Assembly: GCA_040758355.1 (NCBI GenBank)
Contig: JBFLWF010000011.1
Location: 16,041-80,040 of the forward strand
Origin: Nitrospirota bacterium
Lineage (GTDB): Bacteria > Nitrospirota > Thermodesulfovibrionia > Thermodesulfovibrionales > Dissulfurispiraceae
Length of the DNA: 64,000 nt
Reading direction: 5' to 3'
In this document: piece after piece, positions 11,559-21,896 of the stretch
Numbering within the stretch: position 1 is the first letter of the stretch
Layout of the letters: each line of letters opens with the position of its first letter
Made by a program: the position numbers and the translations under genes
Notes under the pieces: model-generated
Told to the model about the DNA's origin: nothing
The model's input: the letters and a program-made list of their open reading frames with translations, nothing else
Databases searched by the model: none

Positions 11559-11705
11559 CTAATCCCTGCTCTTTGGTCTTTTTATCTGATTCTTTACAAC
11601 CAGCATCACAAGCAATGCAAGTATTATTGCAATGCCCATGAACTTCGCAAGTTTCAGCGCCATAAAAATCAGGATTATGGCTATTATTATGAGCCAGTTT
11701 AACAT
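11559..11705 (-). CDS. Small hypothetical membrane protein, 48 aa (absent from the ORF track)
   Basis: Manual translation MLNWLIIIAIILIFMALKLAKFMGIAIILALLVMLVVKNQIKRPKSRD; it fills the atpI-pgi gap. Confidence 0.6.
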   Translation of the reverse strand: MLNWLIIIAIILIFMALKLAKFMGIAIILALLVMLVVKNQIKRPKSRD

Positions 11706-11708
11706 AGG

Positions 11709-12074
11709 TCATGCGCCCTTTTTAGCTGCAATCAATCCCTCTTTCACTATGATAATAAATACTACAGTAAAACCGATTAACAGTCCATACGGTTTAATGA
11801 CCTTAAATATGGCGAGTATTATGAGGATGGAAAAGATCACGAGAAGCCTGAACATGCTTAAGACCATCATCTTTGTCTGGGCCTTTTCTGTTCCGAGCAA
11901 AGCCCTCACGCTCCAGACGATTCCGCGCAGATTGACCTCGCCTGCAAGGCCTCCGATCACTATGCCCAATGAAAAGCGCCAGTCCCTAAAAAAGAGGGTT
12001 ATTATCGCAAGTGCCCCAATAACAAATGCCGACTGCCGGTAAATCCTTTTAATCATTAACTCCGGATGTTCCAT
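11709..12074 (-). CDS. atpI: ATP synthase subunit I family membrane protein
   Basis: 121 aa, four hydrophobic helices, directly follows the AtpZ-like gene. Confidence 0.75.
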   Translation of the reverse strand: MEHPELMIKRIYRQSAFVIGALAIITLFFRDWRFSLGIVIGGLAGEVNLRGIVWSVRALLGTEKAQTKMMVLSMFRLLVIFSILIILAIFKVIKPYGLLIGFTVVFIIIVKEGLIAAKKGA

Positions 12075-12081
12075 TAATTTT

Positions 12082-12303
12082 CTATTCCTCCTGTTTCTTC
12101 GCTATCCTGATGAGTTCCCTGAATCCTGCAATTATGCCGATAATCAGAAATATTACCGTCAAATAAGGCGATGTGCCGAAAAGTTTGTCAAGGCCGTAAC
12201 CGATGGCAAGGCCGACAAACGTGGAAACAACAAGGTGTATGCCCACACTGCTTGCCTCAAGGAGTTGTTTGAATAATGTCTTTTCCGGCTGTTTCTCTGT
12301 CAA
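12082..12303 (-). CDS. atpZ: AtpZ/AtpI family protein (ATPase gene 1)
   Basis: GLAIGYGLDKLFGTSP..GIIAGF signature. Confidence 0.88.
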   Translation of the reverse strand: MTEKQPEKTLFKQLLEASSVGIHLVVSTFVGLAIGYGLDKLFGTSPYLTVIFLIIGIIAGFRELIRIAKKQEE

Positions 12304-12384
12304 TCAGTCACCCTTTTAGTGTAAATGGGTATATGGGTAAATGGGTATATGAGTTAATGGGTTCTCACTCATAACCCCATACAC

Positions 12385-12924
12385 TCATCCACTCATTAAC
12401 CCATGTTCAGATAATATAAATTCCTTAAGTATATTTGCAATCTCTTTATAAAAAACAGTGCCTGCATATTTCTGAAGTTCGTTGCAATATTCGGGTATCC
12501 ATTTAGCAAGATGTTCTTCAAGAAACCTTTTCTGAAGCTCCGAGATGCCGTTTTCTATCAAATAGCTCATGAAGAGCATCTCTGCTGATATGTGGTCAGG
12601 GATAAGGTTTATCTCCTCATCCATCACGATTCCTGCCGAGATGTAAAATGCCTGCACTTCCTCTGCAGCCTTTCCCCAGAGCCTCGGCCTGTCGCCCAGC
12701 GGGTAATTATGAAGGGATTCATATGGCATGAGGCGTCCGTCCGGTCCCAGAAAGATACGGGCAAAATCCATTCTTATCTCCTGTGGCGAATCGGCAAATT
12801 TCATCTGGAACATATCCTTAAGCTGTATAACTATTTCATCAGTGGGCTCATGAATAAACAGTCCGGCAAAAAGCCTGTACAGTTCTGCCCTCTCAATATC
12901 TTCCACATTATCGTAAAATGCCAC
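12385..12924 (-). CDS. TorD/DmsD family molybdoenzyme chaperone
   Basis: PYES, PDHISAE, FLEEHL..WIP. Confidence 0.88.
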   Translation of the reverse strand: MAFYDNVEDIERAELYRLFAGLFIHEPTDEIVIQLKDMFQMKFADSPQEIRMDFARIFLGPDGRLMPYESLHNYPLGDRPRLWGKAAEEVQAFYISAGIVMDEEINLIPDHISAEMLFMSYLIENGISELQKRFLEEHLAKWIPEYCNELQKYAGTVFYKEIANILKEFILSEHGLMSG

Positions 12925-12987
12925 AGCAAAACTCCAAAAAATGATTTAATATTATATTTTACTCCAGATTCTGCTTTATCAAGCAAT

Positions 12988-13023
12988 AAAAAATCTCCCC
13001 ATGGAAAAGCTCATGGGGAGATT
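12988..13023 (-). terminator. Intrinsic terminator after the NrfD-family gene
   Basis: Stem ATCTCCCCATG/CATGGGGAGAT followed by a T-run on the minus strand. Confidence 0.8.
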
Positions 13024-13040
13024 ATCGTATTTGCAGCGGA

Positions 13041-14294
13041 TTAATGCGATTCCTTGTAATCGAATACAGGGAATATCTTGGCGAATATCCAGAACAGTAC
13101 GAAAGGCATAATGAAAATACTTAATGCGCCGCCGAATCCTTCCTTGAAGGTTTCCCAGTCATGCGGGATTATCGGCAGGTGATAATGCATGTACCCTGCA
13201 AATGTCAAAGAGAATGCCTGCCCTCCGATAACGACGTTCCATCTCATCATAAAGACGCCGAACATCACAAGGATTACAGCGATTACCGCACGTCTTATCG
13301 TAAGCCCCGGCATTACAAAGAGAATAAACGGAATGAGATTGCCAATGGTATACTGTAATATAAATATATTTGTGAAGTCTTTCCCGTAAATAACGCTCCT
13401 TAAGACATCCCATGACTTAACTGCCGTGTATCCCCTGAAGATAAGGTCTAAAAGCTCAAGGCTTATTGCAAATATCAGGAATAAGAGGAGATATTTTGCA
13501 GTCATCCTTATGACATTGATCTCAACCCCTCCTATCTCCTCCCTTGTCTGAAGGTGCGTATAGGTGGTCTTTTTGCGGGATGCGAGGAACTTCTTAATCT
13601 CCATGGTGACTATGTATGTGAGCATGCAGAGCGCAATCCCTGACACTACAGCAGACATTATGAAGATAACAGGCATAAGCGGCGTCATCCACAATGCATT
13701 TGCCTTGACAGAGCCGAAGATGAACCCAGCGTAACCGTGGAGGAAACATGCGACGGGGATGCCGAGACCCGCAAGGATCTTAATGGCCTTCTCGTCTCTT
13801 TTCAGAGATTCCTCGCTTATATCGTATACGCCGAGGGTCAGTGCGCAGAAAACGAGGTATTTAAACCATTCAAACAGGGTTTTATCCTGTTTCGCCTTGA
13901 GTGGCAGGGCAATCTCTGTAAAATGTTTCCTGTATATGAACCACAACTCCGATGCAACTATCGCCCCATATGCAGAAAAGACAATGCCAAAGGCAGCTAT
14001 TGCAGAGGTGAAGTGAGGGGTCATGAATATATTAAAACCCCTGTGCGGGAACTGGAGATGCAGAACTATAGGCATGGGCGCTGCAAAAAGGAGGGCAAAC
14101 GAGAACACAAGGGCAAATCTCGCCATATCCTTCAACTGTTTTATCCCGAAGACATGATACAGCGATGAGAGTACAAATGCCCCAGCAACAAGTCCTGTCA
14201 TGAAAGGATACATTACTATCTGTATGCTCCAGTATATGTATTCGTTTGGATAGGTAAAGAGCTCTTTTAGTGTCCAGACTTCTCCGTGAACCAT
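13041..14294 (-). CDS. NrfD/PsrC family membrane quinol-interacting subunit
   Basis: W..QIVMYPFMTGLVAGAF, LHGYAGFIF, MRWNVVIGGQ; multiple transmembrane helices. Confidence 0.9.
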   Translation of the reverse strand: MVHGEVWTLKELFTYPNEYIYWSIQIVMYPFMTGLVAGAFVLSSLYHVFGIKQLKDMARFALVFSFALLFAAPMPIVLHLQFPHRGFNIFMTPHFTSAIAAFGIVFSAYGAIVASELWFIYRKHFTEIALPLKAKQDKTLFEWFKYLVFCALTLGVYDISEESLKRDEKAIKILAGLGIPVACFLHGYAGFIFGSVKANALWMTPLMPVIFIMSAVVSGIALCMLTYIVTMEIKKFLASRKKTTYTHLQTREEIGGVEINVIRMTAKYLLLFLIFAISLELLDLIFRGYTAVKSWDVLRSVIYGKDFTNIFILQYTIGNLIPFILFVMPGLTIRRAVIAVILVMFGVFMMRWNVVIGGQAFSLTFAGYMHYHLPIIPHDWETFKEGFGGALSIFIMPFVLFWIFAKIFPVFDYKESH

Positions 14295-14296
14295 GA

Positions 14297-15082
14297 TTAT
14301 CTTACCTCCTTATCCAGGCCGATGTAATAGACCTGCGGTTTTGTTCCGAATTCTTCCTTTAATATCCCTACCCTTTCTGTCTTTATAATCTTTGTGACAG
14401 GGTCTTTGGGGTCTTTAATATTGCCTATCTGTCTTGCGCCAAAAGGACATGCACTAACGCATGCTGTTTTCATGCCCTTTGTAATCCTGTGGTAGCAGAA
14501 ATTGCACTTTTCAGCCGTATGGTGTTCAGGATGGAAGAATCTCACGCCGTAAGGACATGCCATTATGCAGTAACCGCAGCCGATGCAGGTCTTCCTGTCA
14601 ACGAGTACGACGCCATCAGAGGTTTGATAGGTCGCTCCAACAGGGCATACCTGAACGCACGGAGGATTTTCGCACTGGTTGCAGAGCTTTGGAACAAAAA
14701 ATGCCTTGTCTATCTCCTCCTTTTTTATATCCTGATATTTTCCGGCTCCGAGATCGATCTTGCTTGTAGTAAAGCCATCCCTTGCCCCCTTTGGAGTGTC
14801 GGCAAATAGTTTCCCTTCCTTTGTAACAACGTATCTCTCAACCCATGTCCTTGTCACATTAGCATCGTAGGGGATCTCATTTTCGGTTTTGCATGCCTTG
14901 ACGCAAAGACCGCAGCCGACACATTTGTATGTATCAACCAGAAAAACCCATCTGACATTTGATTTATCGTTTTTGCCCGCAAAAATCTTGTTGGGATTAA
15001 CTATTTCCAGTGCTGCTATAGGCACTGCCAATCCTGCAATGCCCTTAACCGTATATTTCAATAAGTCCCTTCTCGTTATCAT
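14297..15082 (-). CDS. Tat-exported 4x[4Fe-4S] protein (NrfC/DmsB-like)
   Basis: TRRDLLK Tat motif; CVGCGLCVKAC, CNQCENPPCVQVCP, CIGCGYCIMACP, CNFC..CVSACP. Confidence 0.92.
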   Translation of the reverse strand: MITRRDLLKYTVKGIAGLAVPIAALEIVNPNKIFAGKNDKSNVRWVFLVDTYKCVGCGLCVKACKTENEIPYDANVTRTWVERYVVTKEGKLFADTPKGARDGFTTSKIDLGAGKYQDIKKEEIDKAFFVPKLCNQCENPPCVQVCPVGATYQTSDGVVLVDRKTCIGCGYCIMACPYGVRFFHPEHHTAEKCNFCYHRITKGMKTACVSACPFGARQIGNIKDPKDPVTKIIKTERVGILKEEFGTKPQVYYIGLDKEVR

Positions 15083-15567
15083 CGTTTACCTCCCTTTGAA
15101 GCGCCAAGATTAGGTTTGTGCGGGTTATGACACATGGAACACTCAATATCGGGATTGTGCTTGTCGGGATCTATTCCCCGGATATTTGCCCTTCCGCTTG
15201 TCGGATATGGGAGATAAGAATGACACCTGAGGCATTGCTGCCTGCTTTTATCTATGTGCAGTTTTGTTGGATTTAACGGATGCTCCAACGCAGGGCCATG
15301 ACAGTTCTCGCACTTTATAATCGCATGTGGCGACTGCATTAAGCTGTCATATTTATCGCCGTGGCAGTCCTTGCAGTATTCGTTATTGAACTGATATTTC
15401 GCCTTTACGGCCTTCCATTCCCCTTCATTGCTCTTCCGGTGCCAGCCGTACATGTACCCCCTCTCCCAGACGCCGAAATCCTTCGGAACAATAAATAAAC
15501 GGGCAATTAAAACAATACCCACCAGACCGATGACAACGAAAAGCGGTCTGAACACATGGTTCTTCAT
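15079..15567 (-). CDS. Membrane-anchored tetraheme cytochrome c
   Basis: Four CxxCH motifs (CKDCH, CENCH, CLRCH, CSMCH) and an N-terminal transmembrane helix. Confidence 0.9.
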   Translation of the reverse strand: MKNHVFRPLFVVIGLVGIVLIARLFIVPKDFGVWERGYMYGWHRKSNEGEWKAVKAKYQFNNEYCKDCHGDKYDSLMQSPHAIIKCENCHGPALEHPLNPTKLHIDKSRQQCLRCHSYLPYPTSGRANIRGIDPDKHNPDIECSMCHNPHKPNLGASKGGKR

Positions 15568-15610
15568 AATCCCTCCCCGGAAAACTGTATTGTATATTCC
15601 CTTTAGCCTG

Positions 15611-16609
15611 CTAACTTATAAATTTTTTCGGGCTCTTATACTCGTGGCACTTCACGCAATCCTTCTTTGCCTGAGCCTCCGTAACTCTCCATGAATGCGG
15701 CTTATGGCAGTCCACGCACTTCATGTTCATGCCCTTTATATGTAGTTCATGCTTGCCCACGCTCAATTGATCGCTGTGGCAGCCTATACAAGTCCCATAA
15801 TCAGGCCTCACCTTTTTGTGTGGTTTATGACACTCATAACACTTAAACTGCATTGGTGCATCTGCAGGCACATCTATCTTTGTTGCCTTTTTAATTACCT
15901 GCTGAGACGGCTGGAAGTATTTCACATCTATTGTTCCCTCAGCAATCAATTTCTTTCTTACAGACTCGTCCCCGTGACAGAAGAGACACTTATTCCTTCC
16001 AGGCTTTAAATCCTCGGTGCGGTCCGTATGGCAGTTGATGCAGGCTAATTTTTCCATACCTATGCCGTGAACCTCTTTGTCCTTATGGCACTGCATGCAG
16101 AATCTCTCCTCGGGCAAAAACTTATGCGCAACATAACCATGGCATTTGGTACATTCTATCTTCTCCATAAATACATGCTTTGCATGGTATCTGGATTTAT
16201 TAACCTTCGCAGCCTGCGGATATTTTTCCTTTCCTTCCCAGTGGCATTCCATGCATAATTTTGACGGCACGATAATCTTTCCGTGCCTCGCCTCGACCTG
16301 CTTCTGTCCGAGAAAGACAAATCTGTACAACTGCACTACCTGCTCTTTTTTTGTGGAATGGTGGCATTCATGGCAGGTAATCACATTATGCTTGCTCTGA
16401 GCCCATCTCTCCTGCGCATAATCATGCACGTGGCACAACTGGCATGCATCAGGGTCGTTCTCAAAATAGTCGTTGATCCTGTATCCTGTAAAACCAACCC
16501 CTATCAGGAAGAATAAAATGACCAGCGCAATGACAATCCTTGCCTTGCGCGAAATGCCTTCCGAGTACCACTTGACCACCCTGTCGAACAACCGAAACGG
16601 ATTAAACAC
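15611..16609 (-). CDS. Membrane-anchored multiheme cytochrome c, 11 CxxCH motifs, NapC/NirT-like N-terminus
   Basis: 11 CxxCH motifs counted; N-terminal transmembrane helix. Confidence 0.9.
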   Translation of the reverse strand: MFNPFRLFDRVVKWYSEGISRKARIVIALVILFFLIGVGFTGYRINDYFENDPDACQLCHVHDYAQERWAQSKHNVITCHECHHSTKKEQVVQLYRFVFLGQKQVEARHGKIIVPSKLCMECHWEGKEKYPQAAKVNKSRYHAKHVFMEKIECTKCHGYVAHKFLPEERFCMQCHKDKEVHGIGMEKLACINCHTDRTEDLKPGRNKCLFCHGDESVRKKLIAEGTIDVKYFQPSQQVIKKATKIDVPADAPMQFKCYECHKPHKKVRPDYGTCIGCHSDQLSVGKHELHIKGMNMKCVDCHKPHSWRVTEAQAKKDCVKCHEYKSPKKFIS

Positions 16610-16648
16610 TTGAGACCTCCCCTACCTGTTCTATTTTTATTTTTTATT

Positions 16649-17947
16649 TTAAAGACCCCTCAATGTCCTGTATGCTGCATTAATAGTCTTATTTATATCG
16701 GCCTTTGTATGTGCGATGGAAATAAAACCAGCCTCGAACTGTGACGGTGCAAGGTTTATCCCCTGATTTAACATGCCCCTGAAAAACCGTGAAAACTTTT
16801 CTGTGTCTGATGTCTTTGCTGTTTTATAATCAACAACCTCGGTATCGGTAAAGTATGTGCAGAACATAGTCCCTGCCCTGTAAAATTTCGTTTCAGCCCC
16901 TGCCTTTTTTGCAGCGTCCTTAAGCCCTTCTTCAAGGTGCTGCATTGTCTTTTCGAGCCCTTTGTAGGCGTCTTTCTTTGAGAGGATATTCAAGGTCTCT
17001 ATGCCTGCTGTCATGGCAAGGGGATTTCCGGACAATGTACCTGCCTGATATACAGGGCCTTCAGGGGCAACCATGGACATGATCTCCCTCTTCCCTCCGT
17101 ATGCGCCGACAGGAAGCCCTCCTCCGATGACCTTGCCGAGGCATGTCATATCAGGGACTATTCCATAATATTTCTGCGCTCCTCCGTATGAAACCCTGAA
17201 GCCTGTCATCACCTCATCGAATATGAGGACAATTCCGTATTTCTCTGTCTCTCTTCTTAATGTTTCAAGAAAACCGGGCATTGGCAGGACACATCCGATA
17301 TTGCCGACGACCGGTTCGAGGATAACGCAGGCAATATTTTTCCACTCTTTCTGAACAACATCCTTAAATGCCTTAATATCATTAAATGGAAGTGTTATGG
17401 TATTTTTTGCATATGATTTGGGGACGCCTGGACTGTCCGGAACGCCGAATGTTGTAGCGCCTGAACCAGCCTTCACTAAAAGCCCGTCGGCATGCCCGTG
17501 ATAGCATCCCTCGAACTTTATTATCCTGTCCCTCTTTGCAAAACCCCTCGCAGCCCTTATGGCGCTCATTGTTGCCTCTGTACCGGAGTTGACCATTCTT
17601 ACCTTTTCAATGGAAGGGTATGCCTTTATTATCATCCGGGCAAGTTCTATCTCGAGGGGTGTTGGCGCCCCGAAACTTGTACCGTTTTCGATGGCTGTTT
17701 TGAGGGCCTTAACAACAGAGGGATGGGAATGCCCAAGTATCATCGGCCCCCATGAAAGGACATAATCTATGTATGCATTGCCGTCAACATCGTAGATTTT
17801 GGAGCCTTTTGCTTTCTTGATAAATATAGGTGAGCCGCCCACTGCCTTGAATGCCCTTACAGGACTGTTCACGCCGCCGGGCATCAATTCGACAGCTTTT
17901 TTATAAAATATCCTTGATTTTCTCGTTTCCACCCCGATATCCCTCAA
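16649..17947 (-). CDS. hemL: Glutamate-1-semialdehyde 2,1-aminomutase
   Basis: [29 protein letters not shown]. Exact start uncertain. Confidence 0.97.
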   Translation of the reverse strand: MRDIGVETRKSRIFYKKAVELMPGGVNSPVRAFKAVGGSPIFIKKAKGSKIYDVDGNAYIDYVLSWGPMILGHSHPSVVKALKTAIENGTSFGAPTPLEIELARMIIKAYPSIEKVRMVNSGTEATMSAIRAARGFAKRDRIIKFEGCYHGHADGLLVKAGSGATTFGVPDSPGVPKSYAKNTITLPFNDIKAFKDVVQKEWKNIACVILEPVVGNIGCVLPMPGFLETLRRETEKYGIVLIFDEVMTGFRVSYGGAQKYYGIVPDMTCLGKVIGGGLPVGAYGGKREIMSMVAPEGPVYQAGTLSGNPLAMTAGIETLNILSKKDAYKGLEKTMQHLEEGLKDAAKKAGAETKFYRAGTMFCTYFTDTEVVDYKTAKTSDTEKFSRFFRGMLNQGINLAPSQFEAGFISIAHTKADINKTINAAYRTLRGL

Positions 17948-18141
17948 AAAACATGGAAATGTAGCACAAATGTTTTGAGTTTGTAAAGTTTAATATTTTA
18001 ATAATTTAATAATTATTCCTTTATTTCTATTTTGGATCTCGGCTGTTTTTATGGGTGGCAAAAAGGCTCTTCCCAGTTCCTTTTGCTTCTTGGTTCAAAC
18101 CTCAGTCCCCGGAAGAATTTTTATGTCGGATTTTTAAACCT

Positions 18142-18921
18142 TTATGGCAAAATCGCCGTAGCGCTTTGGCCAGGGCGTATTATAGTCATTGGATCAAAGC
18201 TGAATTTAATATCCACCTCGTATAAAGGCTTGCTATTCCTCATACCCACTGGCTCAAGGCCAAGGCGACTGATTACGCCTTTATATTTTTTATCCGCAAC
18301 CTTAACAAAAACTTTCTGGCCAATGGAGAGTGCCGATATCTCTTCATTAGTCATCTTAATCCTTGCCAGCATATTTCCTGCTTCTGCAAGAACGAACAGC
18401 GTAGCGGGTTGCATTGTTGACACAATAGTCTGGCCGACTTCCACATGCCGCTGTAATACAACACAATCAAAGGGGGCGCGCACCACACTATATTCTAAAT
18501 TCAGTTCTGCCTTCGTCAGAGCCGCCTGAGCAGCCTGATATTCAGAATTTACTGCAACAAATCCAATTCGTGCCAGCTCCAGTTCGTGGTCTGCTATGAG
18601 GTCCCGTTCATGCATCTCCTTTGCCCTTTTTAATTCCTGCTCTGCCTCATTGCGTTTCACCTCCAGCCGTTTAACATCTGCACTTGTCTTTTCCACATGC
18701 GTTTTAAAAAGACGATCATCCAGCCGCAATAAAGGTTGTCCCTTGCGCACATGACCGCCTGCATTTACCACCACCTCTGATACAACTCCTGATACCGGCG
18801 TACTAAGCTCAACTCTCCGGGACCATTGCAGAGCAGCCTCTATATCTTTCGCCCATAATGTTGCAGGCAATATAAAGGCCAGTATAAAACAAACCAATAC
18901 CGAACCTGCTATTTTATTCAT
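18142..18921 (-). CDS. Efflux periplasmic adaptor (membrane fusion protein)
   Basis: STPVSGVV and VRAPFD lipoyl-like halves with a coiled-coil hairpin. Confidence 0.88.
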   Translation of the reverse strand: MNKIAGSVLVCFILAFILPATLWAKDIEAALQWSRRVELSTPVSGVVSEVVVNAGGHVRKGQPLLRLDDRLFKTHVEKTSADVKRLEVKRNEAEQELKRAKEMHERDLIADHELELARIGFVAVNSEYQAAQAALTKAELNLEYSVVRAPFDCVVLQRHVEVGQTIVSTMQPATLFVLAEAGNMLARIKMTNEEISALSIGQKVFVKVADKKYKGVISRLGLEPVGMRNSKPLYEVDIKFSFDPMTIIRPGQSATAILP

Positions 18922-18941
18922 TGCTGTCTCCTTATTACTTT

Positions 18942-20534
18942 TCATTGCTCACATCTCCTCTTAATAGACATCTTAAAGGCGAACCTGCTCCCCTTTCCAT
19001 ATTCACTCTCTGCCCAGATATTGCCTCCATGAAGTTCAACTATCCTTTTACAAAGGGCAAGGCCGAGCCCTGTACCTTCGCATCTCTTTTCATAAATTGA
19101 CCCAAGCTGTTGAAATGGTTCAAAGAGTTTGCCCATGTCTTCCTTTGCAATGCCGATGCCGGTGTCTGTGACGGAGATTTCGATAGAATCACTATCAGCT
19201 AAGCGTGCTCTCACGCCTACACTTCCTCCATCAGGCGTAAACTTAACAGCATTGCTCAAAAGGTTTATCAACACCTGTTTCAATCTCTTTTCATCAGCCT
19301 TGATAATGTCAATATTTTCCTCCACATCAGTGGCGACTTTTATCCCGTGCTTCATCGACTTTTCTCTCATAAAAATCAGACTTTCATTAATGATATTTTT
19401 TATATCCACATCCGAATAGCTGAGTTCCATCTTGTCTGCCTCTACTTTGCTGAGGTCAAGAATATCATTGATAAGTCCGAGGAGGTGAGCGCCGCTCTTA
19501 TTTATGGCTTCGATATATCTCTTCTGTTTGTCTGTAAGTTCGCCTCCGATTCTCATCTGCATTAACTCTGAAAAGCCGATTATTGCAGTCAGAGGCGTCC
19601 TCAGCTCATGCGACATATTGGCAAGGAACTTAGACTTTGCCCTTGTTGCAGCCTCTGCCTCCTCTCGTCTTACCGCAAGCTCCCTGTTTAATAATTGAAG
19701 TTCATAGTTTGAGTCCTCAAGCTGTCTTGTTCTTTCCTTTACCTTTTCCTCAAGCCCTTCGATAAGCAATCTGTTTTCATTAAATGTAATCCCCAGCGTC
19801 TCGGCCATATTATTGAAACTCTTTGACAGCTCCTCAATTTCATCGCCTGTCTTAATGTCAATCCTCGTGCCAAAATTTCCTTTTTCGATCTCCTTTACTG
19901 CATCCCTGAGTCTCATGGCCGGCATAATAATTAAATTCCTTGCATAAATGACAATAAACAAACAGACTAAAGCTAAAAATCCGATGAAATAAAGCCTGAA
20001 GATGTCTCTTTCCCTCAACTCCCGTTTATAGTGATCTTCGATGAAACCCACAAATTTATCTATCTCGTACACATAGTCATGAATCGCTGAATCATATTTA
20101 TCAAGGATTTCATGCAAATCTTTTCCAGAAGCCTCGATGCCTTTTAGAAGCATCGGCTTAAAATCACCGTGCCATTTATCCATTATATTATTAAGCATTA
20201 TCTGTCCTTCTTTGTATTCAAAGAAATAAATGTTGAGAGACTCATTGTCCTCTTTTATATACCTTGCAATGGCCTCAAAGGTATTCATCTCATGCTTAAG
20301 CTCCATGATAAGAGATTCCCTTAATTCAGGCTTCTTTGCCTCTGCAATCCTGTGTATGAGCCATGCCATCTCAAAATTCCTGAACCGCATCTGCCCTGCC
20401 ATGTTCACCCTCGTTGCCTCACCCCTTATGTGTTGTGTAAATCGATAATCCCTGAACAGATGCGCAGCCGTAAATGAAAGCATTATCAGACCCATGAGGA
20501 TGAATTTTGATGTGAGGGATTTTAAAATGTTCAT
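18942..20534 (-). CDS. Sensor histidine kinase with NarX/PilJ-like periplasmic domain, HAMP, HisKA, HATPase
   Basis: VNMAGQMRFR resembles the NarX P-box; FLANMSHELRTPL; GTGLGL. Confidence 0.85.
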   Translation of the reverse strand: MNILKSLTSKFILMGLIMLSFTAAHLFRDYRFTQHIRGEATRVNMAGQMRFRNFEMAWLIHRIAEAKKPELRESLIMELKHEMNTFEAIARYIKEDNESLNIYFFEYKEGQIMLNNIMDKWHGDFKPMLLKGIEASGKDLHEILDKYDSAIHDYVYEIDKFVGFIEDHYKRELRERDIFRLYFIGFLALVCLFIVIYARNLIIMPAMRLRDAVKEIEKGNFGTRIDIKTGDEIEELSKSFNNMAETLGITFNENRLLIEGLEEKVKERTRQLEDSNYELQLLNRELAVRREEAEAATRAKSKFLANMSHELRTPLTAIIGFSELMQMRIGGELTDKQKRYIEAINKSGAHLLGLINDILDLSKVEADKMELSYSDVDIKNIINESLIFMREKSMKHGIKVATDVEENIDIIKADEKRLKQVLINLLSNAVKFTPDGGSVGVRARLADSDSIEISVTDTGIGIAKEDMGKLFEPFQQLGSIYEKRCEGTGLGLALCKRIVELHGGNIWAESEYGKGSRFAFKMSIKRRCEQ

Positions 20535-21890
20535 TTATCCGGCACCTCCCTAACCTTGCCCGTCAGTGCATCAAGCCTTTCCCATGATAGTGCCAGCGCA
20601 TACTTTGTCTGTGCAAGGCGCAGTCTTGCCTCGGAATACCTGACCAGTGCATCACCGAGATATGCCTTCAATCCCTGTTCATAAATTGTCCTGCTGCGGT
20701 CAAGATAGAGATCGCTGTATTTCATCAGTGTTCTAACCTCCTCAAGCTGGAGGTGCAATACCTTTATCTGCTGCCATGCCTCAAGAACTGCCTGCCTGAT
20801 CGCCCTTTCCTTGAGTGAAAGTTGTGATTCGAGGCGATGCAGTTTGGCTGTATGATCCGCGATTTTAGAGTCTGTGCGGCCTCCTGTGAATATAGGTATT
20901 TCCAGTATCAGTCCGGCACGCAATCTATCCCTCGAGCCGAACTCCCGCTCATAAGCCGATGCCTCGAATTCAGCGGATAGAATGGGGTTATTTTCTGCAC
21001 GAACTGCCTTCAGATTCTCAAGGGCAGCATCAACTTTGGCTCGCAGTGCTAAAATCGTCGGATCATTGGCAAAGGCCTTCTTAATGAGTTCTTCAGCCTC
21101 CGGCAATTCACGGTCGATACTGGGAAGCTCTGGTTCTGCCAGCGTAACAGGCAAAATACCGGGACGATTAAGGGCTTCTGCAAGGAGTTCGCGGGTATAC
21201 TGCTGACGCATCTCGCTGACAGAGCGTTTTCTGCGGGTCTCCATGTATTTTGTTTCTGCCTCCAGGAGTTCTAAATCTGAAGTCTGTCCCAATTCCCTTT
21301 GTCCCTGCAGTCTCTGAAACCTGTAAAAAGCAACTGCCACCGCCTCTCTGTCACGGATAAACTCGAGGTCTGCAAGCAATACATCGAAAAACCGCTCCAT
21401 AATCTCGATACGCCTCCTGTTCAGGGTATCGATATAAAGCAGCTTATTAGCCCTTATGTCTGTTTCCGCTGCAGAAAGCTTAAGGCTGGTTTTACCAAAA
21501 TCAAATATCTTTTTCCGCACATAAAAACTCAGGCTCGAATCATTATTGGATTGATCAGGGGCAAGCCTTGTAGGATCAACCCACTGTGCACGGCCGACAA
21601 CAGAGGCATTGATCCCTGTCTCTGATTTTACACCGAGATATTGGGCTTCAGCCTGCTCCAGATCTGCCTTTGAAAGGACAATATCTGGATGCGGTTCATT
21701 GGCAAGCTGGAGTGCATATTCGAGGGATAGAGGTTCCGGCAGAGGGGAAATGTTATTGTCTCCAGCATGCAGATGTGTGGACAAACTCAATATGCAGAAG
21801 ACTATAAAAAACCTTGCGCTGAAAAACAGATATTCATCTCTGTGTCTTTTCTCCAAATCTTTGCTGTTTCGATCAGATTTTAAGCTCACT
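20531..21890 (-). CDS. TolC family outer membrane protein
   Basis: LSLEYALQLA, IFDFG, EIPIFTGG and helical repeats. Start uncertain because the ORF-track start overlaps the upstream gene. Confidence 0.85.
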
Positions 21891-21896
21891 GTATAA

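Noticed and set aside
11479..11712. 77-aa Cys-containing ORF from the track
   Set aside because: It overlaps pgi by 68 bp; the 48-aa hydrophobic ORF in another frame fits the gap cleanly.
18085..18112. tRNA T-arm-like GGTTCAAACC as an attachment site at the island edge
   Set aside because: The stem is mismatched, there is no cloverleaf, and no matching repeat or integrase was seen at the other end.
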